From a virus: DNA of 64,000 bases. The notes beneath the pieces are model-generated. The model was not told the DNA's origin. It did not search any database and saw only the letters and a list, made by a program, of their open reading frames with translations. Where the stretch lies: the IMG/VR virus record IMGVR_UViG_3300035670_000101, positions 29,395 through 93,394 of that record; one strand, 5' to 3'. Both the position numbers and the translations under genes were made by a program. Positions 1-9,867 of the stretch are shown one piece after another. Numbering within the stretch: the stretch's first letter is position 1; every line of letters starts with the position of its first letter.

Positions 1-1
1 A

Positions 2-370
2 ATTGTTGGTACAAGTTATGATGACATTCAATGGTCTGATTTAACTGAATATGCACAACAATATATAATCTCTGAATTTATTAAACATAATTCACCTGTA
101 GATGAAGATGAATTAGATGAAGAAAGTGTTGTGTATTTTGAAGATTCAGCGCGAGAGTGGTTTTACGAAAACATGCACGAATTTCTTGCAGAGGATTTTG
201 GGTTGCAAATTACAGGCAATTACTTTCAAGGTTGGTTTAATAAAGTAGGTGTAAGTGTTTCTTTGCATGATCTCGAATCAATCTCAGATAATGTCGATAA
301 AGCACGAGAGGAGTTTGATAAGTGGTTTAAGGTTCAACCAACAATCAGCAATGAAGTTACAGTTTATTAA
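2..370 (+). CDS. hypothetical protein (5'-truncated by window edge)
   Basis: Frame is open from position 2 through the listed 131..370 ORF. Confidence 0.7.
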   Translation: MVGTSYDDIQWSDLTEYAQQYIISEFIKHNSPVDEDELDEESVVYFEDSAREWFYENMHEFLAEDFGLQITGNYFQGWFNKVGVSVSLHDLESISDNVDKAREEFDKWFKVQPTISNEVTVY

Positions 371-385
371 ATAAGGAGAGAAATA

Positions 386-796
386 GTGAGTTTTATTGAA
401 ATTACAACAGAGCAGTTAGTTAACTCTGTTAAGCAAGAGTTTCAGCGTGGTGATGAAGTCTTTCATCGTAAAACAGCAGGACGACCTTCTGCTAAAGAAA
501 AAGATACACAAAGTATGGATGATATTCTGTTATCAAAAGAGAAACGTGAAGCTCTGGTATTTCAGATTAAACGTTTAGCTAAAGATATTGAGTTACAAAA
601 GCAACGTGCTGAAGGGTTACGTGAAGATATTAAAGCTAGTGCTGAGAACTTAGGGTTATCTGTTGCTAAGTTTAAAAGTTTAATTTCTGATTACGACAGT
701 GGTAATTTAACAGACATTATTCAAGAGAAAACTTCTTATGTAGATGTCCTTGAGGTTGTTAAAGAATTGACAGATCAGGATATCAGTGTTCGCTGA
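386..796 (+). CDS. putative dsDNA-binding protein, T4 DsbA/GapR-like C-terminal half
   Basis: AGGAG RBS; helical pattern QIKRLAKDIE...LREDIKASAENLGLSVAKFKSLISDY resembles DsbA/DUF2312. Confidence 0.45.
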   Translation: MSFIEITTEQLVNSVKQEFQRGDEVFHRKTAGRPSAKEKDTQSMDDILLSKEKREALVFQIKRLAKDIELQKQRAEGLREDIKASAENLGLSVAKFKSLISDYDSGNLTDIIQEKTSYVDVLEVVKELTDQDISVR

Positions 797-809
797 GAGG
801 GTAAAGAGT

Positions 810-1007
810 ATGAAACGCAAGCATTTAAGCAATAAGAACCTACCATTACGGACAAGCATCATAATTCCGTTCCTTGTGTATATGTTCTTTGACTTTTACG
901 CACTACCTATGTGGGGTTTTGCAATCTACATGACCTTATGGGTGATTGCTTTTATTGTTGTTCTTATTGCAAACCTGTCAGCCGAACAAGTTGAGTTAAA
1001 AGATTAA
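810..1007 (+). CDS. small two-TM membrane protein
   Basis: Two hydrophobic segments; ATG 810 after GAGG preferred to 786. Confidence 0.6.
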   Translation: MKRKHLSNKNLPLRTSIIIPFLVYMFFDFYALPMWGFAIYMTLWVIAFIVVLIANLSAEQVELKD

Positions 1008-1044
1008 CCTAAAGGTTTCTGAAAGTCTTGAATTTAATTCAAAA

Positions 1045-1076
1045 GCCCTAAGAGAAATCTTGGGGTTTATTTATTT
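1045..1076 (+). terminator. intrinsic terminator-like hairpin
   Basis: gccctaaga-gaaa-tcttggggt followed by T-rich tract. Confidence 0.5.
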
Positions 1077-1094
1077 TCATAAAGGAGAAAGTTT

Positions 1095-2030
1095 TTGAAA
1101 AGTTTTGAAGACTACGATTTTGATAGTTTTGACTATAGTAAGAAATACCACTTACACATAGATTTTGATACACCTATTTTTGCAAATGCAGTAGCTTCTA
1201 GTAAAGACGTTTGTGTTGTAACATTAAAGAAAAATGGTAAGAAAAAGGTGTTTGATAATTTTGACGAGTTTTATAAAACATTTGAGGATAAATACTCAAA
1301 GAAATATCACCTATGGGATTTTGATATACCTTTAATCGCATTTTCTATCACTGGTGTTAATAATCAACTTAATGAAATGATTTCACACTCTTGGGTTGGT
1401 GACTACACATTGTACATTGGTGGTAAGAGTAACTTCAGAAAAGACTTGTACCCAGAGTATAAAGGGAATCGCCAGAAGTCGCCAGCTATGCGTAAAGTGT
1501 TAGTTGACTATGTTCTACACAAATACAAAGATAAGGTTAAACAAGCAGAAAATGAAGAGGCAGAAGACTATTGTTTGTCTGAAGTGTTGAAAGATGTTAG
1601 TGGTAATATTGTTGGATATTGTGATAAGGATTTAACAACACAATCAGCATTCTTCTTTAATTACAAGAATCAAGACAAGGGTGTTTTCTTTATTAATGAA
1701 GACCAAGCTTTCTTTAATCTATGTTGCCAGATTTTACATGGTGACAGGGCAACAGATAACATACGTGGTATTGACTTTGTTTCTGAGGAGGTTAAATCTA
1801 AGTACAGTATTAAGTCCAAATCTATTGGAGAAGCTACTACTGAGAAGATATTGAGTGATGTGCAGCATGATAAACAGTTAATGAAAGAACGTGTTGTTGA
1901 CGTTTATAAACTATCCTATGGTGATCAATGGAAAGAGAAGCTTCAATTTACCGGAAGTTTGGTGTTTATTAGTAAGCGACCTAAAGAGTATTTTGATGTA
2001 GATAAATTTACTAAAGGATTGCAGTGTTGA
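1095..2030 (+). CDS. 5'-3' exonuclease (FEN/T7 gp6/T5 D15 family)
   Basis: Motifs FRKDLYPEYKGNR, EAED, DKD, GDxxDNIxG. Confidence 0.9.
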   Translation: MKSFEDYDFDSFDYSKKYHLHIDFDTPIFANAVASSKDVCVVTLKKNGKKKVFDNFDEFYKTFEDKYSKKYHLWDFDIPLIAFSITGVNNQLNEMISHSWVGDYTLYIGGKSNFRKDLYPEYKGNRQKSPAMRKVLVDYVLHKYKDKVKQAENEEAEDYCLSEVLKDVSGNIVGYCDKDLTTQSAFFFNYKNQDKGVFFINEDQAFFNLCCQILHGDRATDNIRGIDFVSEEVKSKYSIKSKSIGEATTEKILSDVQHDKQLMKERVVDVYKLSYGDQWKEKLQFTGSLVFISKRPKEYFDVDKFTKGLQC

Positions 2031-2602
2031 GTATTGATGATAAAGTAAAGAAAATTCTTGAAGAAAATTCTGAGATATGGAAAACTGAGAGCGCATACTT
2101 CTCATACATTCGAGGTTGTATTCGGTTAGCTTGGTCTAAAAACCCTGTGAAACTTAAACTGTTGAAGAAGGTTAAAAAGCAAATTCCAAACCCTAACTAC
2201 GGTAAACCAAGAAACACCAAACTGACAGTTATGGGTGCTGAGTGTGAGATTTGCAATAAAGACTTTCCAATGAAAGAGATTGAGGTTGATCACAAAAATG
2301 GTGGGACATATTCTCTAAAGCAGGTTGCTGATATACAAGGTTTCTTTGAGAGTATTTGCATTGTTTCAGAAGATGACTTGCGTGTTGTGTGTAAATCTTG
2401 TCATGGTGCATTAACTTACGCTGCAAGAAATAATATCTCTTTTGAAGAAGCTGAGTTGAAAAAGAAAGTTATTAATATCTGTAAAGATAAACAACTTTTA
2501 ATTGACACTCTAGTTGCTATTGGTGTAGACTCAATACCTAAGACCAAGAAAGGTCAGGAAGAGTTATTGTATAAATTATTGTTGGAGAGTAAGGGTGAGT
2601 GA
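2024..2602 (+). CDS. HNH-type endonuclease
   Basis: CEIC...EVDH...LRVVCKSCH zinc/HNH pattern; coupled to the exonuclease. Confidence 0.75.
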   Translation: MLSIDDKVKKILEENSEIWKTESAYFSYIRGCIRLAWSKNPVKLKLLKKVKKQIPNPNYGKPRNTKLTVMGAECEICNKDFPMKEIEVDHKNGGTYSLKQVADIQGFFESICIVSEDDLRVVCKSCHGALTYAARNNISFEEAELKKKVINICKDKQLLIDTLVAIGVDSIPKTKKGQEELLYKLLLESKGE

Positions 2603-2774
2603 AGATAAGAGTTTTTCTGTTAGTATTTACTATAGTGGTTCTTATTACATTGATGTTCAGGCTGAGAACAAGGTTGAAGCTAAGAACATTGCGATTGAAT
2701 TATTAAGAGACGAAGCTGACATTGGTTTCTCAGTTGAATCTGTAGATGTTTTTGAAATTGGAGAGTCAGAATGA
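2595..2774 (+). CDS. hypothetical protein (59 aa, not in ORF track)
   Basis: GTG start with GGAG RBS; MSEDKSFSVSIYYSGSYYIDVQAENKVEAK; overlaps both neighbours. Confidence 0.65.
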   Translation: MSEDKSFSVSIYYSGSYYIDVQAENKVEAKNIAIELLRDEADIGFSVESVDVFEIGESE

Positions 2775-2938
2775 GTGAAGAAAAAACGATAAAGTTCAAA
2801 AGTGGAGCTTGTATTGAGTTTTTCGGGGAAGATAATGGTTGTTCTTTTGTTGGGTTTAATTCTTCTACCGAACATCTTGGTGATATTGATGCCGAGGATG
2901 ATAAGTGTTGTGATGAAATAGATAAGTATGGAGAGTGA
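2771..2938 (+). CDS. hypothetical protein (55 aa, not in ORF track)
   Basis: ATGA overlap with the upstream stop; GGAG RBS. Confidence 0.55.
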   Translation: MSEEKTIKFKSGACIEFFGEDNGCSFVGFNSSTEHLGDIDAEDDKCCDEIDKYGE

Positions 2939-3884
2939 TTTGGAAAAATCGTGGCATAAGCAAGCGTTAGAGCTAAGATCGCAGGGTTTTAGCTCTCGTT
3001 ATATTGCAGAGAAATTATTAGGTCGTAAGAGTGCTAAATCATCGGTAAATGACATGTTCAAACGATATGACGCTTTGAATGAAGTTGTTGATGTTAGTAA
3101 AACAAAGATTTTATATTTCGACTTAGAGAGTAGCTTGGCAGAAGCTTTAACATTCCAGTTTTGGCAAACTAACATCCCTTACAGTCGAATCACCAAACAG
3201 ACCCACTTGTTATCAGCTCAATGGGCTTTCAACAACGAGGAAGTTCAAGGTATTCGAGTAACACCAGAACAGGTTAAAACTGGTGATGACCTAGATATTG
3301 TTGTTAAAGTTATTGAAGCAATCAATCAAGCTGATGTTGTTGTAACGTTTAACGGTAAGAAGTTTGATATTAAGTTGCTAAACACTCGTGCAATCTTCTG
3401 GGGTTTGCCACCTATCAAACCTGTTAAACACATTGACTTGTTTGAACAAGCTAAACGAAACTTCAAGTTTCCAAGCAACTCTATGCAAAACATTAGTATG
3501 TACTTAGGTTTGGATGGTAAGATCGCTACAGGTGGTACTCATCTCTGGGAGCGTTGTGCTAACTGGAAAGACTACCAGCAATGTAACAATGCACTTGAGG
3601 AGATGTTAATTTACGGAAAACAGGATATTGAAGCTACTCGTGATCTCCATAAGCGTTTTCAAGGTTGGATGAAGAATACACCTAACTTGGGTACAATTGC
3701 TAACGATGTAGAAAATACTAAGTCACTACGTTGTGTACATTGTGCTAGTGAAAACATCTTTAAGATGGATAAAAATTCTTACACATCTGTAAGCAGTTTT
3801 GATCTTTATCGTTGTGGTGAAGAAGATTGTCGTGGTGTTAGTCGCATTACAAAGAATGGTAAGAATTTAGTTGGAGTTGTTTAA
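2928..3884 (+). CDS. RNase H-like (DnaQ-fold) exonuclease with N-terminal HTH and C-terminal Zn ribbon
   Basis: LYFDLES, TFNGKKFD, HIDL, YxxQD; CxxC...CxxxxC tail. Confidence 0.8.
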   Translation: MESDLEKSWHKQALELRSQGFSSRYIAEKLLGRKSAKSSVNDMFKRYDALNEVVDVSKTKILYFDLESSLAEALTFQFWQTNIPYSRITKQTHLLSAQWAFNNEEVQGIRVTPEQVKTGDDLDIVVKVIEAINQADVVVTFNGKKFDIKLLNTRAIFWGLPPIKPVKHIDLFEQAKRNFKFPSNSMQNISMYLGLDGKIATGGTHLWERCANWKDYQQCNNALEEMLIYGKQDIEATRDLHKRFQGWMKNTPNLGTIANDVENTKSLRCVHCASENIFKMDKNSYTSVSSFDLYRCGEEDCRGVSRITKNGKNLVGVV

Positions 3885-4555
3885 TGGAGAATATTTTGAA
3901 TACAGAACAAATCGTTATCAATAATACATTTCGTGACTACTATTACGAAGTTTTAACACCTAAAGTTGTATTGTTTAACACCTTAGTTGGTGGTGACTTT
4001 AAAACCTTAAATGAAGAAGATAAAGCTTCACGTATTGATTTACAGATTGATATTGTATCTGAAGAGCTTATTAAAGAGTATGCTGTATTCTTTGCTAAAG
4101 ATCAGATTGAAGAGTTGGATGCTATTGCAGATGTGTTGTTTACAGTGTCTTATTTACAATATCAACTTAAGGTGTGTGATGAACAATTCTTAACTGAATT
4201 AGACATTAACCATGATCGTTTACAATTCTTAATGTCACAAATTGGATTGTTCTTTGATAGTATGTATACACACTTCGACTTAGATATTATTATTAAGGCT
4301 ACAGACTTGGTTGTAGAGAATAATATGTTAAAGTTTACAACTGATAAAGAAGCTTTTGCTAAGTGGAAATCTCCAGCTAAAGAAAATCTAACCCCAAGTG
4401 AGCAGACGGTTGACGGTGTAACTTACTACTGTTTAGTTAATGAGAATGGGAAGGTGAGAAAAAAACGAGGATTTAAAATTATGGATTTAACACCACTAGT
4501 TGAAGATCAGAATATCCGTGATAATAGTTACGATGACAAGGCGGCTGTAAAATAA
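3884..4555 (+). CDS. NTP pyrophosphohydrolase (MazG/PRA-PH-like)
   Basis: SEELxxE...EELDAIAD...NNMLK...GKVRK. Confidence 0.7.
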   Translation: MENILNTEQIVINNTFRDYYYEVLTPKVVLFNTLVGGDFKTLNEEDKASRIDLQIDIVSEELIKEYAVFFAKDQIEELDAIADVLFTVSYLQYQLKVCDEQFLTELDINHDRLQFLMSQIGLFFDSMYTHFDLDIIIKATDLVVENNMLKFTTDKEAFAKWKSPAKENLTPSEQTVDGVTYYCLVNENGKVRKKRGFKIMDLTPLVEDQNIRDNSYDDKAAVK

Positions 4556-4556
4556 A

Positions 4557-5366
4557 ATGAGTGTTAAGTACGGTGCAGTTTACGCTGCTTTTGATAAAGA
4601 AAATAGAACTTTTTTGAACACGATGACAGGTTTCACGGATTGTAATTATTACGATCGTTGGAGAAATATGATGACTAGGGTTTATGGAAATTATGAAAAA
4701 ACTAGAAGTACTTACGAAAATGTTGAGTGTTCTCCTAGTTTTTTGAACTTCTTTAATTTCAAATCTTGGATTGATAAAGAACCTTTTTCAAATTATACGG
4801 TTTCTGGAAACCCTTATCAATTGGACAAAGATTTACTTGGTTTCGGAAGGATGTATTCGGAAGAAACCTGTGCGTTCCTCCCTGCATGGTTGAATTCGAC
4901 AATGCCACGTGCTAATCAGAAATCGGATAAAGAAACCATGTATGTTAGTGTTAAAAGGGAGTCAGAACTAAAGACAACGTACACTTGTTTCCTAAAGACT
5001 GAGAGTGGTGGTAGTAAGTTTATTGGAGGTTTTACCGATCCAATTGTAGCAAACAAGTTTGCGATTTTCGTCAAAGCTAAGATTATGCAATACATTGGAG
5101 AAAACATCGAAGGGTTGGTAAAACCAGAAGTTATTTATATGCTCTTAAACTTTGATTCTTGGCTACTGGAATCTGGGTTTAATTACGACCAAAACTTCAA
5201 ACATCACAGACTCGATGAGGTGTTGTTGTGGTACAAGAAACACTATGATATTGTAATGGAAGATGCGAAAAGGTCTACAAAAATTGTTGAACATATCGAC
5301 AGTTGTGAATTTTGTAAATCTAGTGATGCTAAAATGCAACGTATAAGTGAAATTTCAGGGGGTTAA
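4557..5366 (+). CDS. HNH-variant homing endonuclease-like protein (copy 1)
   Basis: YDRWRNMMTR...LDKDLLG...YSEETCAFLP..LN shared with three paralogs in the window. Confidence 0.7.
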   Translation: MSVKYGAVYAAFDKENRTFLNTMTGFTDCNYYDRWRNMMTRVYGNYEKTRSTYENVECSPSFLNFFNFKSWIDKEPFSNYTVSGNPYQLDKDLLGFGRMYSEETCAFLPAWLNSTMPRANQKSDKETMYVSVKRESELKTTYTCFLKTESGGSKFIGGFTDPIVANKFAIFVKAKIMQYIGENIEGLVKPEVIYMLLNFDSWLLESGFNYDQNFKHHRLDEVLLWYKKHYDIVMEDAKRSTKIVEHIDSCEFCKSSDAKMQRISEISGG

Positions 5367-5374
5367 GGAAGATA

Positions 5375-5791
5375 ATGAGTAATAGTAAATACAAAGTGTC
5401 AGAAAACAAGTATTCAGGGAACACTAAATGTATTAGTGGTTTTCGTAAATACTTCGATGCTGTAGCAAGTTTACATGATGTGATGATGATTGCTAATGAG
5501 TTAGAGTCTAATGATGCACTACCACACCCTAAAGATAGTGTTGAATTATTAGAGTACATCCTACACACATACTTCGGTTTTGATAAAGAAGTAGTGATGT
5601 TTGAGAACTACGATGATGAAGGGAATAAAATCTTCCATTGGTACTCAGCACATCACTGTACGCATCGTTCTAAGCTCACTGGTGAGGTTGTACGCATGGA
5701 TAGGTATATTGGTGCGGAGCGTATTGATAAGGTCTGGTATGACACGGGAATGATGTCTACAGAGACATGGGGATTATACCGTGGGGTATAG
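5375..5791 (+). CDS. hypothetical protein
   Basis: AAGGA RBS; phage-like codon usage. Confidence 0.75.
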   Translation: MSNSKYKVSENKYSGNTKCISGFRKYFDAVASLHDVMMIANELESNDALPHPKDSVELLEYILHTYFGFDKEVVMFENYDDEGNKIFHWYSAHHCTHRSKLTGEVVRMDRYIGAERIDKVWYDTGMMSTETWGLYRGV

Positions 5792-5930
5792 CAACATTCC
5801 TCACCTTGTTCGTCATTTATGTTATTAAGGGGGTATAACACCTCCTACTATTAAGGGTGTGTAACAGCACCCTTTTTCTCTTTTATAACAAATAAAGGGT
5901 TTTATTCATTAAAACCTATAAAGGGTAAAT

Positions 5931-6212
5931 ATGATTTATATTATTGGTGTGTTGTGGTTGTTATATAGTGGGTTCTGGTTTTACATTTTGAACGATGCTG
6001 TAAAGAATGAATCGGAAGCTTTAATTGACGCTTGTGGTCAAGAGGCGTTTAATAAATATTTAAAAAATTACTTGATTCATAATGCTATTGTAGCTATCAT
6101 TGCTCCTGTAGTTCACTTGTGGCAGTTATTCTTCTGGATTATGAAGAAGATTGTATTTGGAGCTATTGATTTGATTGGTAATGTTGTTAAAGTTGAAAAA
6201 GGGAAGAAGTGA
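5931..6212 (+). CDS. membrane protein
   Basis: Two hydrophobic segments; RBS. Confidence 0.7.
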   Translation: MIYIIGVLWLLYSGFWFYILNDAVKNESEALIDACGQEAFNKYLKNYLIHNAIVAIIAPVVHLWQLFFWIMKKIVFGAIDLIGNVVKVEKGKK

Positions 6213-6213
6213 G

Positions 6214-8406
6214 TTGATTAAAGACGTAATTAAATCTGATGGTAGTATCGAAATTTTTGATTTAGATAAGTTGTCAAAGTGGGCTAAATATGCTGCTAAA
6301 GTTGGCGGTGATTGGTCTACATTAGCAATTGAAACTTTTACAAAATTACCAGAGTTGTGTCACAGTAAAGATATTCATCAAGCAATGATTGATGTTTGCT
6401 ATAGTAAGCAAGACTTAACATACAGTCGAGTTGCTTCTCGTTTAGAAACAGCACAACTACGAAAGAACATTGAGCGAAGTTTTGACTTAAAGATTAACAA
6501 ATGTTCTTTTAAAGATATTCGAGATAAGTTGGTTGATTCGGGTGTTTGGTGTAATGAAACTATCCCTGAATACTCACTAAAACAAGAAGAGTTGTTTGAA
6601 GAACTGCGTCAGGTAGATTTGGAATCTTGGCAAGTTAGTCAGTGGGTAGATAAATACCTATTGAAGATGAATGGTGTGACTGTAGAGATTCCTTCTGTTG
6701 CAGCCATTGGTATCGGTTTAGGGTTACATGGTGATACTCAAGATGCTTACGATTTAGCAAGGGATATTATCTACTCACGAACAAACCTACCAACACCTGT
6801 TTTGAATGGTATTCGTAACGGTGACTTTAATGGTGTTTCTTGTTGTGTTATCAGTGCTGGAGATAGTGTTGAAAGTATTGAGGTTGCACAACATTTAGCT
6901 GTACGAATGACTGCTAAGAAGGCTGGTATTGGTGTTGAGTTTACTACTCGATCTAAAGGTTCTGGTGTTAAAGGTGGTCGAATTGAGCATCTTGGGAAAC
7001 ATCCAATCTATAAGCATACCGATTCTGGTGTCAAGCAGTTTACGCAAGAGACGAGAGGCGGTAGTGCTACAGTGGGGTTTACCTGTATTGACCCCGAAGT
7101 CTACAATATTGCTTTGTTTAAATCACAACGTATTGATATTGAGCAGCGATTAGATCGGTTAGATTACAGTTTTATCTTTAACGATGCTTTCTTAGATGCT
7201 GTTGTTAATCGTAAAGATTGGTACTTGTTTGACTACAACGATGCTAAGGTTGTTCACGCTGCTTTCTATACCCACTCTGTTAGTGAGTATAACTTCTTAG
7301 TTGAAGCTGTGGTTAAAAGTGGCGTTAAACATAAGAAAGTTCAAGCGTTAGATTTGATCAAACATGTTCTTATGATCAGACAAGAAACAGGACGCATGTA
7401 TTTCTTTAATGTAAGTCGTGCTAATACACACACACCTTTCAATGGAATCATTAGACTTTCCAATTTGTGCCAAGAAATCTGTTTAGAAACAACACCTTAC
7501 GAGAGTATGGATGATTTGTATTTAGACAATGGAAACGGTGAAACGGCTTTCTGTTCATTAGGAGCTTTAGTTCCTGTGAATATTAAAGATGATGCAGAGT
7601 ACAAACGAGTAGCTTACACACTAGTTAAGACGATTAACAAGTTGATTGTTAAATGTCCTAAGATGACTAAGAATCATGAACGTACTATGTTAGAACGTAT
7701 GTCATTGGGTATTGGTATTACAGGTTTGGCTGAATACTTATACAAACAAGGTTATGATTATGAGGGTAGTGAATCTAGTTTGGAGTTTGTGTCTGACCTT
7801 GCAGAAAAGCATTGCTTCTATTTATATCAAGCAAGTCAAAAACTTTCAGAAGAAACAGGGGTTGAAGTTAAGGGTGTTGATTTAAACTGGTTGCCTGTTG
7901 ATACTAAAATAGGTAAATTTACACCTAAGATGGATTGGGAGAGTATTCGTGGTAAACCTCGCGTTAACTCTGTACTCGTTGCTCACATGCCAACAGAGAG
8001 TAGCGCACTAGCTTCTGGTGTGACTAATGGGTTGTATCCACCTAGAAAGGTTATTATCAACAAGAAGTCTCGCAAGGGCGTTGTGCAGTTTATCTGTAAA
8101 GGCTTTAAAGAGGGTGTTAATCTTTTAGCTTGGGAAGTTGACAATATTGTGTTAAGTCGTTATTATTCGGCTGTACAAGATTGGTCAGATCAAGGTATTA
8201 GTGCTGATACATACTTCGATCCGCGTAAGTTTGAAAATGGCAAGAAACCATTGTCTGTTTTATTGAAAGAATGGGTTGCACACTTCAAGCTTGGTAATAA
8301 GAGTATGTATTATGTGAATACCTACGATGATGATGAGGTTAGTATCTTTGACTTGATTGAATCTGTAGAGATTGAAGAAGCTGATTGTGACGCTTGTACT
8401 TTATAA
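6214..8406 (+). CDS. nrdA: class Ia ribonucleotide reductase, alpha subunit
   Basis: ATP-cone start (VIKSDGS), PTP, SCC, SNLCQEI, MPTESS, DQGIS, SMYY, C-terminal CDAC; TTG 6214 is the likely start. Confidence 0.97.
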   Translation: MIKDVIKSDGSIEIFDLDKLSKWAKYAAKVGGDWSTLAIETFTKLPELCHSKDIHQAMIDVCYSKQDLTYSRVASRLETAQLRKNIERSFDLKINKCSFKDIRDKLVDSGVWCNETIPEYSLKQEELFEELRQVDLESWQVSQWVDKYLLKMNGVTVEIPSVAAIGIGLGLHGDTQDAYDLARDIIYSRTNLPTPVLNGIRNGDFNGVSCCVISAGDSVESIEVAQHLAVRMTAKKAGIGVEFTTRSKGSGVKGGRIEHLGKHPIYKHTDSGVKQFTQETRGGSATVGFTCIDPEVYNIALFKSQRIDIEQRLDRLDYSFIFNDAFLDAVVNRKDWYLFDYNDAKVVHAAFYTHSVSEYNFLVEAVVKSGVKHKKVQALDLIKHVLMIRQETGRMYFFNVSRANTHTPFNGIIRLSNLCQEICLETTPYESMDDLYLDNGNGETAFCSLGALVPVNIKDDAEYKRVAYTLVKTINKLIVKCPKMTKNHERTMLERMSLGIGITGLAEYLYKQGYDYEGSESSLEFVSDLAEKHCFYLYQASQKLSEETGVEVKGVDLNWLPVDTKIGKFTPKMDWESIRGKPRVNSVLVAHMPTESSALASGVTNGLYPPRKVIINKKSRKGVVQFICKGFKEGVNLLAWEVDNIVLSRYYSAVQDWSDQGISADTYFDPRKFENGKKPLSVLLKEWVAHFKLGNKSMYYVNTYDDDEVSIFDLIESVEIEEADCDACTL

Positions 8407-8415
8407 ACAAACACC

Positions 8416-8437
8416 GCACCTCGAAAGGGGTGCTTTT
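8416..8437 (+). terminator. hairpin between nrdA and nrdB
   Basis: gcacc-tcgaaag-(g)ggtgc-tttt. Confidence 0.45.
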
Positions 8438-8451
8438 AAATAGGAAAGTAA

Positions 8452-9534
8452 ATGACACGTACAGTATTTAATGAATCAAACACAGGACACATCACTAAAA
8501 CATATCCGATGTTTTTTGGAGATAGTCTTGGTTTGGTTGATACAGTGAATGTAGTTAACAAAGAAATTGAAATGTTAAAGGAGAAACAGCGAGGTGGTCG
8601 TTGGTATCCTACTGAGATTAGTTTATCTCAGGATAAGCAAGACATGGACAAAGCTCCAAAAGAAATTGTTGATATTATGAATTTAGCTATTTCTTGGCAA
8701 CACACAACAGATAGTGTTGCTGGTCGATCTATTGGTGCAATGTTACTACCACATGTCACTAACACTGAAGCTGAAGGAATGATTGGTGAGTGGAGTTGTA
8801 TCGAGTTCATTCATGGTGAAGCTTATGTTCACATTGTAAAACAAACTCGCATGAACCCTGATCAAGCTTTAATTGACACTTACAAGAACATTCGTGTTTT
8901 GGCTCGTAGTAAGAAGATTATTGATGTATTTAACTCTTTGTATAATATGTCACATAATCTCCCATTACGTGAAAAGAAAAAGATCATGGCAAAAGCTCTT
9001 GTCACCATTATGGCTATGGAATGTATTAGCTTTATGTCTTCTTTTGGTGTGACATTTGCTATTGCTGAGTTAGGTTACTTTCAAGGTATTGCTGAAACAG
9101 TGTCTACTATCGCACGAGATGAATTGTATCATGGTCGTATGAGTTATGAGTTAATTAAGGCTACTCGTTATGTAGACGGTTGGAGTGATATTTACGATGA
9201 AGTCTTAGAGGAATGTTCAGAAGTTATTCACTCGATTACTAAGGGTGAACATGCTTGGAATGAATACCTGTTCTCAGAAGGTCGTAGCTTACCAAACCTA
9301 ACGAGAAATAATTTAGATGAATTGAATTTGTACTTCCACAACTTTGTTTGTAACCTTGTTGGTATTAAAAACAATTTCGAGGTTGTTAAGGATCATCCGT
9401 GTAAATTTATGGATAAGTACATTGATCGCTCTTTGTTGCAATTCGCATCTCAAGAGATTCAACACACTAGCTATCGTCAAGGTAGTGTTGTAGATGATTT
9501 GGACGATGATTTAGATTTTGATTTTAATTTTTAA
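8452..9534 (+). CDS. nrdB: class Ia ribonucleotide reductase, beta subunit
   Basis: WYPTEI, EFIHGEAY, MECISF, RDELYH di-iron ligands. Confidence 0.97.
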   Translation: MTRTVFNESNTGHITKTYPMFFGDSLGLVDTVNVVNKEIEMLKEKQRGGRWYPTEISLSQDKQDMDKAPKEIVDIMNLAISWQHTTDSVAGRSIGAMLLPHVTNTEAEGMIGEWSCIEFIHGEAYVHIVKQTRMNPDQALIDTYKNIRVLARSKKIIDVFNSLYNMSHNLPLREKKKIMAKALVTIMAMECISFMSSFGVTFAIAELGYFQGIAETVSTIARDELYHGRMSYELIKATRYVDGWSDIYDEVLEECSEVIHSITKGEHAWNEYLFSEGRSLPNLTRNNLDELNLYFHNFVCNLVGIKNNFEVVKDHPCKFMDKYIDRSLLQFASQEIQHTSYRQGSVVDDLDDDLDFDFNF

Positions 9535-9543
9535 GGGGAAGAA

Positions 9544-9762
9544 ATGATTACTGTATATTCTAAAGATTCTTGTGCTAAATGTGGTCAAGCGATTATGCTG
9601 CTAAAGATGAAAGGTGTTGAACATGAAGTATTAAAGCTTGGTGTTGATTACGATTATGATAAAGCTGTAGAGCTTTCTAATGGTCAGAAGGAATTTCCTT
9701 TGATCTATGTAGGGGGAAATCATCTAGGTGGACTAGAAGCTCTTAAACAGCACCTTTCATAA
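9544..9762 (+). CDS. glutaredoxin
   Basis: VYSKDSCAKC, FPLIY, GG; follows nrdB. Confidence 0.9.
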   Translation: MITVYSKDSCAKCGQAIMLLKMKGVEHEVLKLGVDYDYDKAVELSNGQKEFPLIYVGGNHLGGLEALKQHLS

Positions 9763-9805
9763 AATCCATATAAAATAAATTTAAAAGGAATGTGACACAT
9801 AGTTG

Positions 9806-9834
9806 TTGCCTTCCTTTCTTTTTATCTATATACT
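9806..9834 (+). promoter_or_regulatory. sigma70-type promoter overlapping a terminator-like hairpin
   Basis: TTGCCT-17-TATACT. Confidence 0.6.
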
Positions 9835-9867
9835 TTAATTATTCAAGAGAAACTATTAGGTGATAAA

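Noticed and set aside
6214-9534. Intron or intein in nrdA/nrdB (also checked thyX and terL)
   Set aside because: Lengths are normal and catalytic motifs are contiguous
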